From the NCBI GenBank assembly GCA_024742755.1, contig JANSXW010000017.1, forward strand, positions 2,847 through 66,846: a stretch of 64,000 bases of DNA, read 5' to 3'. The DNA is from a bacterium. Its GTDB lineage: Bacteria > Bacteroidota > Bacteroidia > Chitinophagales > Saprospiraceae. Position 1 is the first letter of the stretch. Each line of letters opens with the position of its first letter. Under the pieces are notes generated by a model. That model did no database searches. It was not told the origin of the DNA and worked only from the letters and a program-made list of their open reading frames with translations. Made by a program: the position numbers and the translations under genes. Below, in pieces: positions 54,942 through 63,669 of the stretch.

Positions 54942-57389
54942 ATGCCTCGAGAAAGCTACTACTTAGAGACAGAGCTACTGTCTTACTTTTCTGACAACCC
55001 CGAGCTGTTCCAATTCATTGAGCAAGCATCAGCAGATGGCATTTGGTACTGGGACCTGACACAACCGGAGGAAGAGTGGATGAATGAACAATTCTGGCAC
55101 ACCCTGGGGTACCCGCCGGAATCCATGGAACATACCCCTGCTTCCTGGCAGCAGCTCGTACACCCCGATGACCTTCCAATTGTACTGGCAGATGCAAAAC
55201 GGGCACTTAAAGACCCTGTGTATAAATTTGAACGGGAGGTCCGGTATCGCCATCACAAAGGGTACTGGGTCAAGATGCGCTGCTTTGGTGTTGTACTGAA
55301 AGACAAACAAGGGCTTAGCACGCGCATGCTCGGCGGGCACCGGTACCTGGGTGCTGTTCCGGAAGGGAAAGGCCAACAGTTGCCGCACGATTTTCTCAGC
55401 CATTTGCTGCCCAACCTGCCGGGCGCCTCTTATAAATACCGGCTCTACCCGGATGGAAGCGATGAGTTTTCCTTTCTCAGCCCGGAGATAAAAGCGTGGT
55501 TTGGCATTCCAGCAGAAACGGAGGTCATTAAGCACACCGATGGTATTTGGAAAGCCATTCATCCTGAAGACACAGTTATGCTGGAAACAGCCATACAACG
55601 CTCAGCGGATCAGTTGAGCCTTTTTCAGCTGGAATGGCGGTTAATCACTCCCTCCGGCGTAAAGTGGCTCAGCACAACTGCTCAGCCTCATAAAAACCAG
55701 GACGGTAGTGTGGAATGGTACGTCTTTGTAAGCGATGTTACCGATCGTAAAGAAGCGGAAGCCGCTCTGCGCACACAGCTTCACATGCAGGAAGCCTTAC
55801 GGAAAATTTCCACACAGCATATCAGTCAGCCACTGGAAGATGCCGATGTGACCATCAATCAGGCTCTGGGCATCATCGGCCGATTCGTAAACGCAGACCG
55901 GGTCTATATTTTTGATTACGACTTCAGGCAGCAAACCACCAGCAACACGTACGAGTGGTGCGCGGAGGGCATCGAACCTGAAATTGACAACCTGCAGGAT
56001 GTCCCCATGAGTTTCTTCCCGGACTGGCTGACCGCACACCTTAACAATGAGGTCATGCATATCCCAAATGTACAGGAGCTGCCTCAGAATATGCTTCGTG
56101 AAGTCCTGGAGCCCCAGGGCATCAAAAGCCTGTTGGCAGTCCCTATGTATCAGGGCGACCGATGCGCTGGCTTCGTTGGTTTTGATTCTGTAAAGAACTA
56201 CCACGTTTACAGCAAGCAGGAAATGGAGTTCCTCCGCCTTTCCGCTCAGGTGCTGGTCAATATACTCACCTACACGGAAGAGCGGGTCAAACTGATAAAC
56301 AGCAAACAGGAACTCCAAAAACTCACCCAAAATGTACCGGGCGCAATCCTGAAGCTACAGATAACGCCTGAAGGCAAATTCTCTGTGCCTTTCCTTAGTG
56401 AGGGCGCCCGAAGGCTGATCCCCAATTTGAATATCGAGGAGGTGCAAAACAACCTCGAAGAGCTGCTGTTCCATATCTATCATGAAGACCTGAGCGCCTT
56501 TTACCACAACCTCCTGATCTCATCGGAAAAACTATCCAAGTTTTACATGGAGTACCGGGTCCGCACCACTGAAGACACCATCCGCTGGCACCGTATCGAT
56601 ATGCGCCCCGAGCAGGAAGCCAATGGTGTAATTGCCTGGTACGGCATTGTGCTCGATGTTTCCGATCAAAAGGAAATAGAACAAATCAAACATCAGCACC
56701 GGGCACTCAAAGACAAGTACAACGAAGTGGAGAATTTTGCCTTTATCGCCTCCCACGACCTGAAAGAGCCTCTGCGCACCATCAGCAGTTTCAGCCGGCT
56801 ACTTTTGCGGCAGTATCAGAACAAACTGGACGATAACGCCAAAGAATACCTGCAGTTTATCACTGATGGCAGCGTCCGGATGAGTAAACTCATTGATGGC
56901 CTGCTGGAATTCAGCCGTCTGGGCAGGAACCGTACTCAGGAAACGGTCGACTGCCAGGCTATGGTAGGTGAGATCCTCTCGGACTTTGATACCGTACTTC
57001 AGGAATCAGGAGCTATGATAAAATTTGCAGGCCTGCCTACCATACAGGGATATACAATGGAACTCCGGCAGCTTTTCCAGAACCTGATCAGCAACGCGAT
57101 CAAATTCAGGAAGCAAGACCAAATACCGGAGGTGGAAATCAACGCCCGGCGCCAGGAGAAAGCCTGGTTATTTGAAGTCAAAGACAATGGTATCGGCATC
57201 CCGGAAGAGCATCAGGAGCGCATCTTTGAAATATTCAGCCGCCTGCACAGCCGGCAGGATTACGAAGGTACGGGCATTGGGCTGGCCAACTGCAAAAAAA
57301 TTGTGGACCTCCACAACGGCGATATTTGGGTGGAATCTACACCCGGAGCGGGCAGCAGCTTTTTCTTTACGATTCCTGTTGAGCAGTAA
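54942..57389 (+). CDS. PAS/GAF multi-sensor histidine kinase (SHDLKEP type)
   Basis: PAS_3 domains, GAF (ADRVYIFDY, EWCAEGIEP, SLLAVPM, GFVGFD), H-box ASHDLKEPLRTI, and NAIKF, DNGIG and GTGIGL. Start moved to MPRE. Confidence 0.93.
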   Translation: MPRESYYLETELLSYFSDNPELFQFIEQASADGIWYWDLTQPEEEWMNEQFWHTLGYPPESMEHTPASWQQLVHPDDLPIVLADAKRALKDPVYKFEREVRYRHHKGYWVKMRCFGVVLKDKQGLSTRMLGGHRYLGAVPEGKGQQLPHDFLSHLLPNLPGASYKYRLYPDGSDEFSFLSPEIKAWFGIPAETEVIKHTDGIWKAIHPEDTVMLETAIQRSADQLSLFQLEWRLITPSGVKWLSTTAQPHKNQDGSVEWYVFVSDVTDRKEAEAALRTQLHMQEALRKISTQHISQPLEDADVTINQALGIIGRFVNADRVYIFDYDFRQQTTSNTYEWCAEGIEPEIDNLQDVPMSFFPDWLTAHLNNEVMHIPNVQELPQNMLREVLEPQGIKSLLAVPMYQGDRCAGFVGFDSVKNYHVYSKQEMEFLRLSAQVLVNILTYTEERVKLINSKQELQKLTQNVPGAILKLQITPEGKFSVPFLSEGARRLIPNLNIEEVQNNLEELLFHIYHEDLSAFYHNLLISSEKLSKFYMEYRVRTTEDTIRWHRIDMRPEQEANGVIAWYGIVLDVSDQKEIEQIKHQHRALKDKYNEVENFAFIASHDLKEPLRTISSFSRLLLRQYQNKLDDNAKEYLQFITDGSVRMSKLIDGLLEFSRLGRNRTQETVDCQAMVGEILSDFDTVLQESGAMIKFAGLPTIQGYTMELRQLFQNLISNAIKFRKQDQIPEVEINARRQEKAWLFEVKDNGIGIPEEHQERIFEIFSRLHSRQDYEGTGIGLANCKKIVDLHNGDIWVESTPGAGSSFFFTIPVEQ

Positions 57390-57394
57390 CGCGC

Positions 57395-57745
57395 TTATCT
57401 CAGCTTCTCATTATTCGCATGCCGGCCGGCATCCCGCTTCGTCTTTTTGGCGAGGTTCTGGTGCAGCGCCTCGGTGAGGTCCACGCCGGTCTGATTCGCC
57501 AGGCAAATCAGCACGAAGAGGACATCGGCCATCTCATCTGCCAGTTGTTTCGGGGCCGCCTCCGCATCTTCCGGGCGCTTGAAGCTTTGCTCGCCGTACA
57601 GCCGGGCCATCAGCCGGGCCATTTCGCCTACTTCCTCCATGAGCACGGCAGTATTGGTCAGCTCATTGTAGTAACGCACACCGATGGTCTTGATCCACTC
57701 GTCTACGGTGGCCTGGGCTTCGCGCAGGGTCAGTTCTTGTGCCAT
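57395..57745 (-). CDS. MazG-like nucleotide pyrophosphohydrolase (YpjD-like)
   Basis: LMEEVGEMAR, DEMADVLFVLICLANQTGVDL and KKTKRD. Start moved to MAQEL. Confidence 0.9.
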   Translation of the reverse strand: MAQELTLREAQATVDEWIKTIGVRYYNELTNTAVLMEEVGEMARLMARLYGEQSFKRPEDAEAAPKQLADEMADVLFVLICLANQTGVDLTEALHQNLAKKTKRDAGRHANNEKLR

Positions 57746-57749
57746 AGGG

Positions 57750-58202
57750 CTATTCGCGGTTTTTGCTGTCAATGAAAATGGTGACCGGCCCGTCGTTGAG
57801 CAGGCGCACCTTCATATCTGCGCCAAACTCACCCGTCTCTACTGTTCGGCCGGAAGTGATCTCCAGTATTTTTATGAACTTCTCATACATCGGGATGGCG
57901 TATTCAGGCCGGGCAGCCCCCATAAAGGAAGGGCGGTTGCCTTTTTTCACGCTGGCATGCAGGGTAAACTGGCTGACCGCCAAAATACCGCCGTCCACGT
58001 CTTTGACGGAGTGGTTCATTTTGCCTTCCTCATCGCTGAAGATGCGCATTTTGGCAATCTTACTGGCAAGCCATTCCAGGTCTTCGTCTGTATCCTCGTC
58101 CTCAATGCCTACAAAGAGGAGCAGCCCGGGCCCAATTTCGCCTACTATCTTCTCGTTTACCGTTACAGATGCTTCGCTTACACGCTGCAGAATAATTCGC
58201 AT
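57750..58202 (-). CDS. dtd: D-aminoacyl-tRNA deacylase
   Basis: MRIILQRVSEASV, RIFSDEEGKMN, SQFTL, KGNRPSF, GEFGADM and NDGPVT. Confidence 0.97.
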   Translation of the reverse strand: MRIILQRVSEASVTVNEKIVGEIGPGLLLFVGIEDEDTDEDLEWLASKIAKMRIFSDEEGKMNHSVKDVDGGILAVSQFTLHASVKKGNRPSFMGAARPEYAIPMYEKFIKILEITSGRTVETGEFGADMKVRLLNDGPVTIFIDSKNRE

Positions 58203-58291
58203 AGTACTGTTAGGTTTGTGATTGAACAGGCTAATTTTGTGATAGTTTCGACCAATAGCTTGTAAAGTACCTCTTGTCAAATATACCAGGA

Positions 58292-60787
58292 ATGATGAAG
58301 CCCCCACACTACCTTTTACTCCTCTGCCTTGCCCTGCTTCAGGCAGCTGCTGCCCGGGCGCAGTGGACGCCCCGCCAAATCCTGCACCCACTCAATTGGG
58401 AAACGGTAAAAGCCTTGCCGACCGACTTGAATAATGATGGCAAAAAGGACCTCGTACTTTTATCAGAATCGCCCAACCGCTTATCCTGGCAAATGACGCT
58501 GCCCGGGCCAGGCACCTTTGGGCTTACCCGTATCCTTCCCACTACAGCTGCGGTCAATGATGCGATCATTGGCGACTATGACCTGGATGGCGACGCAGAT
58601 GTCATTGCTTCCATTGACTATCCTTCCCGCCTGGTGTGGTATGAAAATACCGGATTGGAGGGGCAGGAGCGTTTCGGGCAGGAAACCACCATTCTGGAAG
58701 GCGAATTTATGGAAGGGCTACACTTCACTGACCTCAATACAGATGGCTGGGCGGATCTCATTTTCACCGGTTTCCTGAATGAAACCCCGCCTGACTTTGC
58801 ATTCCATATCATGATGGGGACCGGTCCGGGGGCATACAGCCCGGTAGTAAGCGCCCCCTTTCGTGTGCCCATTGGGCAGGCGGAAACGCCACCTTACTTT
58901 TTTTACCGGCCGGACCCTTTACAGCCTGTGGTTCATATCTACGGGCGGTTCAGGCCCGAAGGCGGAAGCATGGAATCGGCTCAGATCACTTTCAATTTTG
59001 ACGATCAATCCTTTGGGGATTTCACCCCTATCGATGAAGTCAACTTTCATATCCGGGACATGGCCGATATTGATGGAAACGGAGCCCCTGAGCTATTGGG
59101 GTCCGGTTTTCAGGAAGGTATTTTCTACTACACTAATATTAATGGTGCCTGGGAGCGGCGGACGGTCTACGGCAGTCCGCTGGCCAACAGCTGGGGCGCC
59201 AAATTCCATGATGTCGACGCAGATGGGCTGACGGATATCGTTTTCGGGCTGGATACCCTGGCCAATCCGCCATTTTTTCAGCCGGAGCGGCTGTCCTGGA
59301 CCAGGCAGACAGCCCCCCTGGAATTTGGCGCCATCCAACCGCTTACAGCCGGAGTGCCGAGTAATGCGGTGTTCGATTTTCAACCTATTGACGGGGACAC
59401 GCTCCCTGACCTGCTGTTTTACTACGAAGACGAGCTGCGCCCCGGATATCAGTCCCGCCAACCGGATGGCAGCTGGTCGCCCAACCAATATTTTCCCGCG
59501 GGCCTGGTGCCCGATCACTTCGTAACCGGTGATGCGGACGGGGACGGAGATACAGACCTCTTTGCATCAGATATCATAGCGAATACGATCTTCAGCTTTC
59601 GGCAGGAAGCAGGCGCGCTCCGGTCCATTCACATTGAGCGGGCCAACCTCCCACTGCCTGCTTACATTAGCGGCGGCGATTTTGATGAAGATGGTGATTT
59701 TGAATTATTGGTGAGTGAATCCCGCCCATTACCCGATGGCCGGGTCTATTGGATGGAACAAAACAACGGGAACTGGGAAGAACACCTGATTGATGAGGAG
59801 CAATACGCCCTGCCTTTCCTTTTGCCTAAGGATATGGACAAAGATGGCGACCTTGATATCGTTGCCAGCAGCGGTGTCCACGCCGTAATTTACTACCCGA
59901 ACCTGGGGGGCGGAAACTTCGGTGAGCGCGTAACAGTACCCACCACGCCAAGCTATCGTATTGCTATGCTGTCCGACTGGGATGGGGATGGAACCAAAGA
60001 CCTTATTGCCCGCCCCGTTGGCCCATTTGATCAGGTGACTTTGCACTGGTGGAATGGGGATGGGTTTGATGAAGCTATTCCACTTACCCCGGCAGGTACC
60101 GAAGCACCGGAATTACCTGCGCCCTTCGATATCGATGGGGATGGGAAGCCAGAGCTCGTCGCTTCCTTCACTTCTGAAATCCGGTTTTGGGAGCACGAAC
60201 CGCCCGGTGCACTATCCAATACCTTGCTGTTGGACCTTCCCTTCAGCACGGATACCGGGCGCTTCTTTGCAACCGACCTCAATGGGGACAAAGAAGAAGA
60301 TTTATTCTTTCTGTCCCTCAACCCCGATCAGACCACCACACTTTTTTGGCTGATGGGCCCTACGGACCTGAACAGCCTGGATTTCCAATCCATCACGCTT
60401 GATTCCCTGGGGTATGCCTCAGTGGCGCATCACGCTCCCATTTTCAGCACGGTCCCGGACCTGGTCACCCTGCATGAACACGACCGCACCCTGCGCATTT
60501 TTGCCAACGGAATGGGGCCCGTGCCGGCTCACGAGACACCTCATACAGACAAGGAAGTCAGGATATTCCCCAATCCCGCCCACGGCTATTTTGAACTGCA
60601 GGCAGAGGGGATGGCGATCCGGCATGTGGATATTTTCAACGCACAGGGGCAGTGGGTACTTTCGCAAGCGCCGGAAAGCCGCCCTATGGCCATCCAAACT
60701 TCAGGCTGGGCGCCCGGGCTTTACTTCGTCCGGGTAAGCGATGAAAAAGGCGCAGCAAAAACAGTGAAATTAGTGATATCGAGATAG
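58292..60787 (+). CDS. FG-GAP/VCBS-repeat secreted protein with T9SS C-terminal sorting domain
   Basis: Signal peptide, more than 10 D-x-[DN]-x-D-G-x-x-D repeats, C-terminal IFPNPA...IFNAQGQ...GLYFVRV...KLVISR. Confidence 0.88.
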   Translation: MMKPPHYLLLLCLALLQAAAARAQWTPRQILHPLNWETVKALPTDLNNDGKKDLVLLSESPNRLSWQMTLPGPGTFGLTRILPTTAAVNDAIIGDYDLDGDADVIASIDYPSRLVWYENTGLEGQERFGQETTILEGEFMEGLHFTDLNTDGWADLIFTGFLNETPPDFAFHIMMGTGPGAYSPVVSAPFRVPIGQAETPPYFFYRPDPLQPVVHIYGRFRPEGGSMESAQITFNFDDQSFGDFTPIDEVNFHIRDMADIDGNGAPELLGSGFQEGIFYYTNINGAWERRTVYGSPLANSWGAKFHDVDADGLTDIVFGLDTLANPPFFQPERLSWTRQTAPLEFGAIQPLTAGVPSNAVFDFQPIDGDTLPDLLFYYEDELRPGYQSRQPDGSWSPNQYFPAGLVPDHFVTGDADGDGDTDLFASDIIANTIFSFRQEAGALRSIHIERANLPLPAYISGGDFDEDGDFELLVSESRPLPDGRVYWMEQNNGNWEEHLIDEEQYALPFLLPKDMDKDGDLDIVASSGVHAVIYYPNLGGGNFGERVTVPTTPSYRIAMLSDWDGDGTKDLIARPVGPFDQVTLHWWNGDGFDEAIPLTPAGTEAPELPAPFDIDGDGKPELVASFTSEIRFWEHEPPGALSNTLLLDLPFSTDTGRFFATDLNGDKEEDLFFLSLNPDQTTTLFWLMGPTDLNSLDFQSITLDSLGYASVAHHAPIFSTVPDLVTLHEHDRTLRIFANGMGPVPAHETPHTDKEVRIFPNPAHGYFELQAEGMAIRHVDIFNAQGQWVLSQAPESRPMAIQTSGWAPGLYFVRVSDEKGAAKTVKLVISR

Positions 60788-60887
60788 GCTCCCAGTGGAT
60801 TGAGCCGTAAATATTTGACAGTTAAAGACCAGGCACTACAGAAGGCTTGAGCATGAAAATACAATCAAATAATTCGGTCTAGTCGCA

Positions 60888-61565
60888 CTAAAATAACCGC
60901 CCCTGCTCCCCAACCTTCTCATGCAGGTCGGGCGTATTGTTGCGCACGTTGTTCACGCGGTCAGAAACCTGGTATTTTTTGAGCAGGCCATCCGGTGGCG
61001 GCTGCAGCATATTCATGACTTCCTCTACGCTCAGGTCAGAAATCCAGCGCTGCTGATCTTTAGGGTTGGGCAGGACCAGGGGCATACGGTTGTGGAGGGG
61101 GGCAACTTCGGCATTAGGGGGCGCCGTAATGATGGAAAAAGTCTTCACCGCATAGTCGCCATCGTACCAGACATCCCAAATGCCCGCCATCACAAGCAGG
61201 CTATCATCCTGGGGCAGTATCCGGAAGGGCGTTTTCTGCTTGCCCTCCGTGCGCCATTCGTAAAAACTGTCAGCAATGACCAGGCAGCGCCGTTTGCGGA
61301 TGGGCACCCGGAAGGAAGGCTTAGCGCCAATGCCCTCCATACGGGCGTTGATAAGCTTGGAAGCATTACTGCTGTCCTTTGCCCAATGCGGAATCAGGCC
61401 CCAGCGGAAATAGCCGAGACTGCGGGGCTCTTCGTTCGTCAGCACATAGGCATGCTGCGTGGGGGCGATGTTAAAACTCAGTTTCAGGTTTTCCCCGGTC
61501 TCAATATCGCCCAGCTGCTGCCTGAGCTTCTCGGGAGAGGTCACAAATGAGAAACGTCCGCACAT
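60888..61565 (-). CDS. SOS response-associated peptidase (SRAP/HMCES/YedK family)
   Basis: N-terminal MCGRF, FNIAPT, WGLIPHW, INARME, RCLVIADSFYEW and HNRMP. Confidence 0.95.
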   Translation of the reverse strand: MCGRFSFVTSPEKLRQQLGDIETGENLKLSFNIAPTQHAYVLTNEEPRSLGYFRWGLIPHWAKDSSNASKLINARMEGIGAKPSFRVPIRKRRCLVIADSFYEWRTEGKQKTPFRILPQDDSLLVMAGIWDVWYDGDYAVKTFSIITAPPNAEVAPLHNRMPLVLPNPKDQQRWISDLSVEEVMNMLQPPPDGLLKKYQVSDRVNNVRNNTPDLHEKVGEQGRLF

Positions 61566-61638
61566 GTTTGCATCTTTTTGTTGGCTATGGGGTTGGAGCC
61601 CGGAGCTGTAAAAAACACTTTATCAAGGCATTCCGGCT

Positions 61639-62180
61639 TTATCCACGATTATCCACATGGTTATGCTATTTCAGATCGTTGGACAGGGCATCATTATTGG
61701 AACACAGCGTTGGGCCGCCTTGTTTTCAGGGTTTTCCACACCCACATTTCAGCCCCTGCCTAAAGGTAAGAAAACCAGGGGTTCACAAAAACGCTTTTCC
61801 ACATCAATTGTGGGCCGTGGCCTTGGTAACTGCCCCAATGGCCCACACTGGCCAAGAATGGTCATTTGCCATATGTGAATTTGCGTTATATCAAGGCTGC
61901 GTTGGGGATATCCACATCCGTTTTCGACATTCCAATAAGGCCGTTAAGGAGGTTGTGGAAATAAAAGTTACTGAGGCCTGTGTTTTTGAACAGGCTGTGG
62001 ACAAGTGGCCTAAAATCCTGAAAGCTCAGCAGTAAGCGATGTGCAAAATAAGTGCAAACTTCGCCGGCCTGATGTTAACAATGGATTAACCTAGAATTTA
62101 CATTGATTTTTATCCACCTTTCCACACTACTGATGATAATAAGGGAGATTAAAAAAATTGATAATAAAAACTATTAAAGG
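61639..62180. other. DnaA-box cluster with DnaA-trio element and AT-rich tract: candidate oriC
   Basis: Ten matches to TTWTNCACA with at most 1 mismatch, at 61639, 61649, 61732, 61795, 61908, 61921, 61954 (rev), 61996 (rev), 62110 and 62118. CTA-CTG-ATG-ATA-ATA follows the last tandem pair directly. Confidence 0.8.
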
Positions 62181-62228
62181 GGATCAGCTTCCATTTAGTT
62201 TACTTCTGCATGGCCAAACAATTGGATG

Positions 62229-62236
62229 TATATTTG
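62229..62236 (+). promoter_or_regulatory. sigma-A -7 box for ctaA (TATATTTG)
   Basis: TAnnTTTG upstream of the ctaA start. Confidence 0.5.
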
Positions 62237-62293
62237 TTCCCCATTTGAAAATACGATTTGGAGCGCAGTGCTCTACTTTATAAAGCAATAGAA

Positions 62294-63397
62294 ATGGAAG
62301 CAGTAACAACACCGCCTTCATCCCGGCGCACGTCCCCCGGCACCGCAAAAGGTTACCCTACGGCGGTAAAGGCCTGGCTGTGCATCGGGCTGTTCATGAT
62401 TTTTGTGCAGGTGGTCGTAGGCGGCATCACCCGCCTGACCGGCTCGGGCCTGTCCATCACCAAGTGGGAAATTGTCACCGGCACCCTCCCGCCCATGAAT
62501 GAAGCAGCCTGGGAAGCCGAGTTTGCGGAATACCGCGCTACCCCGCAGTACCAGAAAATCAATGAAGGGATGTCGATGAGCGACTTCAAGTTCATTTACT
62601 TCTGGGAGTACATCCACCGGCTGTGGGCGCGGCTTATGGGCTTCGTCTTCATCATTCCTTTGGGGATATTCGTGGCGCGGGGCATGGTCGACAAGCCGCT
62701 TTTAAAACGCCTGGGCGTCGTCTTTCTGCTGGCAGCGCTTGTGGCCTCTTTTGGCTGGATCATGGTCGCCAGCGGGCTTATAGACCGCCCCTGGGTGAAT
62801 GCGTACAAACTGACCATGCATTTGTCGCTGGCCCTCATCCTGTTCAGCTATTTATTCTGGACGACGTTGAAGGTCATGCAGCCCAATCCGGAAGTAATCC
62901 ACAATAAATTGTTGAAAAAGGGGGCAATCGCCATCACGGCCCTTGCTGCTGTGCAGATCATCCTGGGCGGCATCATGTCTGGCATGAAAGCCGGGCTTTA
63001 TTTCCCGACCTGGCCGGATATGAATGGCGTGGCGGTGCCGGAAGTTTTGCTTGCCGCTTCGAACTGGACTGTTGAAAACTTTGTGGATTACGATGCTACG
63101 CTTTTTATGCCTGCTTTAGTACAAATTTTGCACCGGACAACGGCTTATGTACTGACGGCGCTGGTTTTATGGTTTGCCTACCGTGGGCTGAAAGCACAAA
63201 CCACGGCGCATTTCCGCACCGGTTTATACCTGTTGGTAAGTATGTTGATAATACAAGTTAGCCTCGGCATCTTTACTTTGATCAACTGCGTGGGCACCGT
63301 TCCGGTCGGCCTTGGCGTGTACCATCAGGCCGGCGCATTATTATTTTTAAGCATCGTTTTATTTGTCGATTATCAAGTGCTGAAAACCAGCAACTAA
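62294..63397 (+). CDS. ctaA: COX15/CtaA family heme A synthase
   Basis: VVGGITRLTGSGLSITKW, FWEYIHRLWAR, GWIMVASGL, LTMHL, QILHR and YHQAGA, with multiple TM segments. Start at 62294 (or TTG at 62258). Confidence 0.92.
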   Translation: MEAVTTPPSSRRTSPGTAKGYPTAVKAWLCIGLFMIFVQVVVGGITRLTGSGLSITKWEIVTGTLPPMNEAAWEAEFAEYRATPQYQKINEGMSMSDFKFIYFWEYIHRLWARLMGFVFIIPLGIFVARGMVDKPLLKRLGVVFLLAALVASFGWIMVASGLIDRPWVNAYKLTMHLSLALILFSYLFWTTLKVMQPNPEVIHNKLLKKGAIAITALAAVQIILGGIMSGMKAGLYFPTWPDMNGVAVPEVLLAASNWTVENFVDYDATLFMPALVQILHRTTAYVLTALVLWFAYRGLKAQTTAHFRTGLYLLVSMLIIQVSLGIFTLINCVGTVPVGLGVYHQAGALLFLSIVLFVDYQVLKTSN

Positions 63398-63457
63398 CAA
63401 ATGTGGAAAAGTTTGTGGAAAAGTGGATGCCTGATTTCAGACTCTTTTTTCCACTAG

Positions 63458-63496
63458 AAATCCCCCGTTCAGCAGACTTGTCTGAACGGGGGATTT
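63458..63496 (+). terminator. intrinsic terminator after ctaA
   Basis: 15 bp stem AAATCCCCCGTTCAG / CTGAACGGGGGATTT followed by T residues. Confidence 0.8.
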
Positions 63497-63533
63497 TGCA
63501 TTTTGGAAGCGGCAGCGCATGTAGGCATGCTTA

Positions 63534-63650
63534 GACTATGTTTGGAGCGGGTTCGTCATGAAAATCAAGGAATTGTGGTTCTGGCTAAAAAAGATGACGC
63601 CAGGTTCATAAGTCCTTGATTTGCAATAGGAGTAAGCTCCAAACATAGTC
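63534..63650. mobile_element. 117 bp MITE-like element
   Basis: Perfect 15 bp terminal inverted repeats GACTATGTTTGGAGC / GCTCCAAACATAGTC, TTA direct repeats on both sides, and an internal inverted repeat AAATCAAGGA / TCCTTGATTT. Confidence 0.7.
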
Positions 63651-63669
63651 TTAGTCCCAGCTCTACCAT

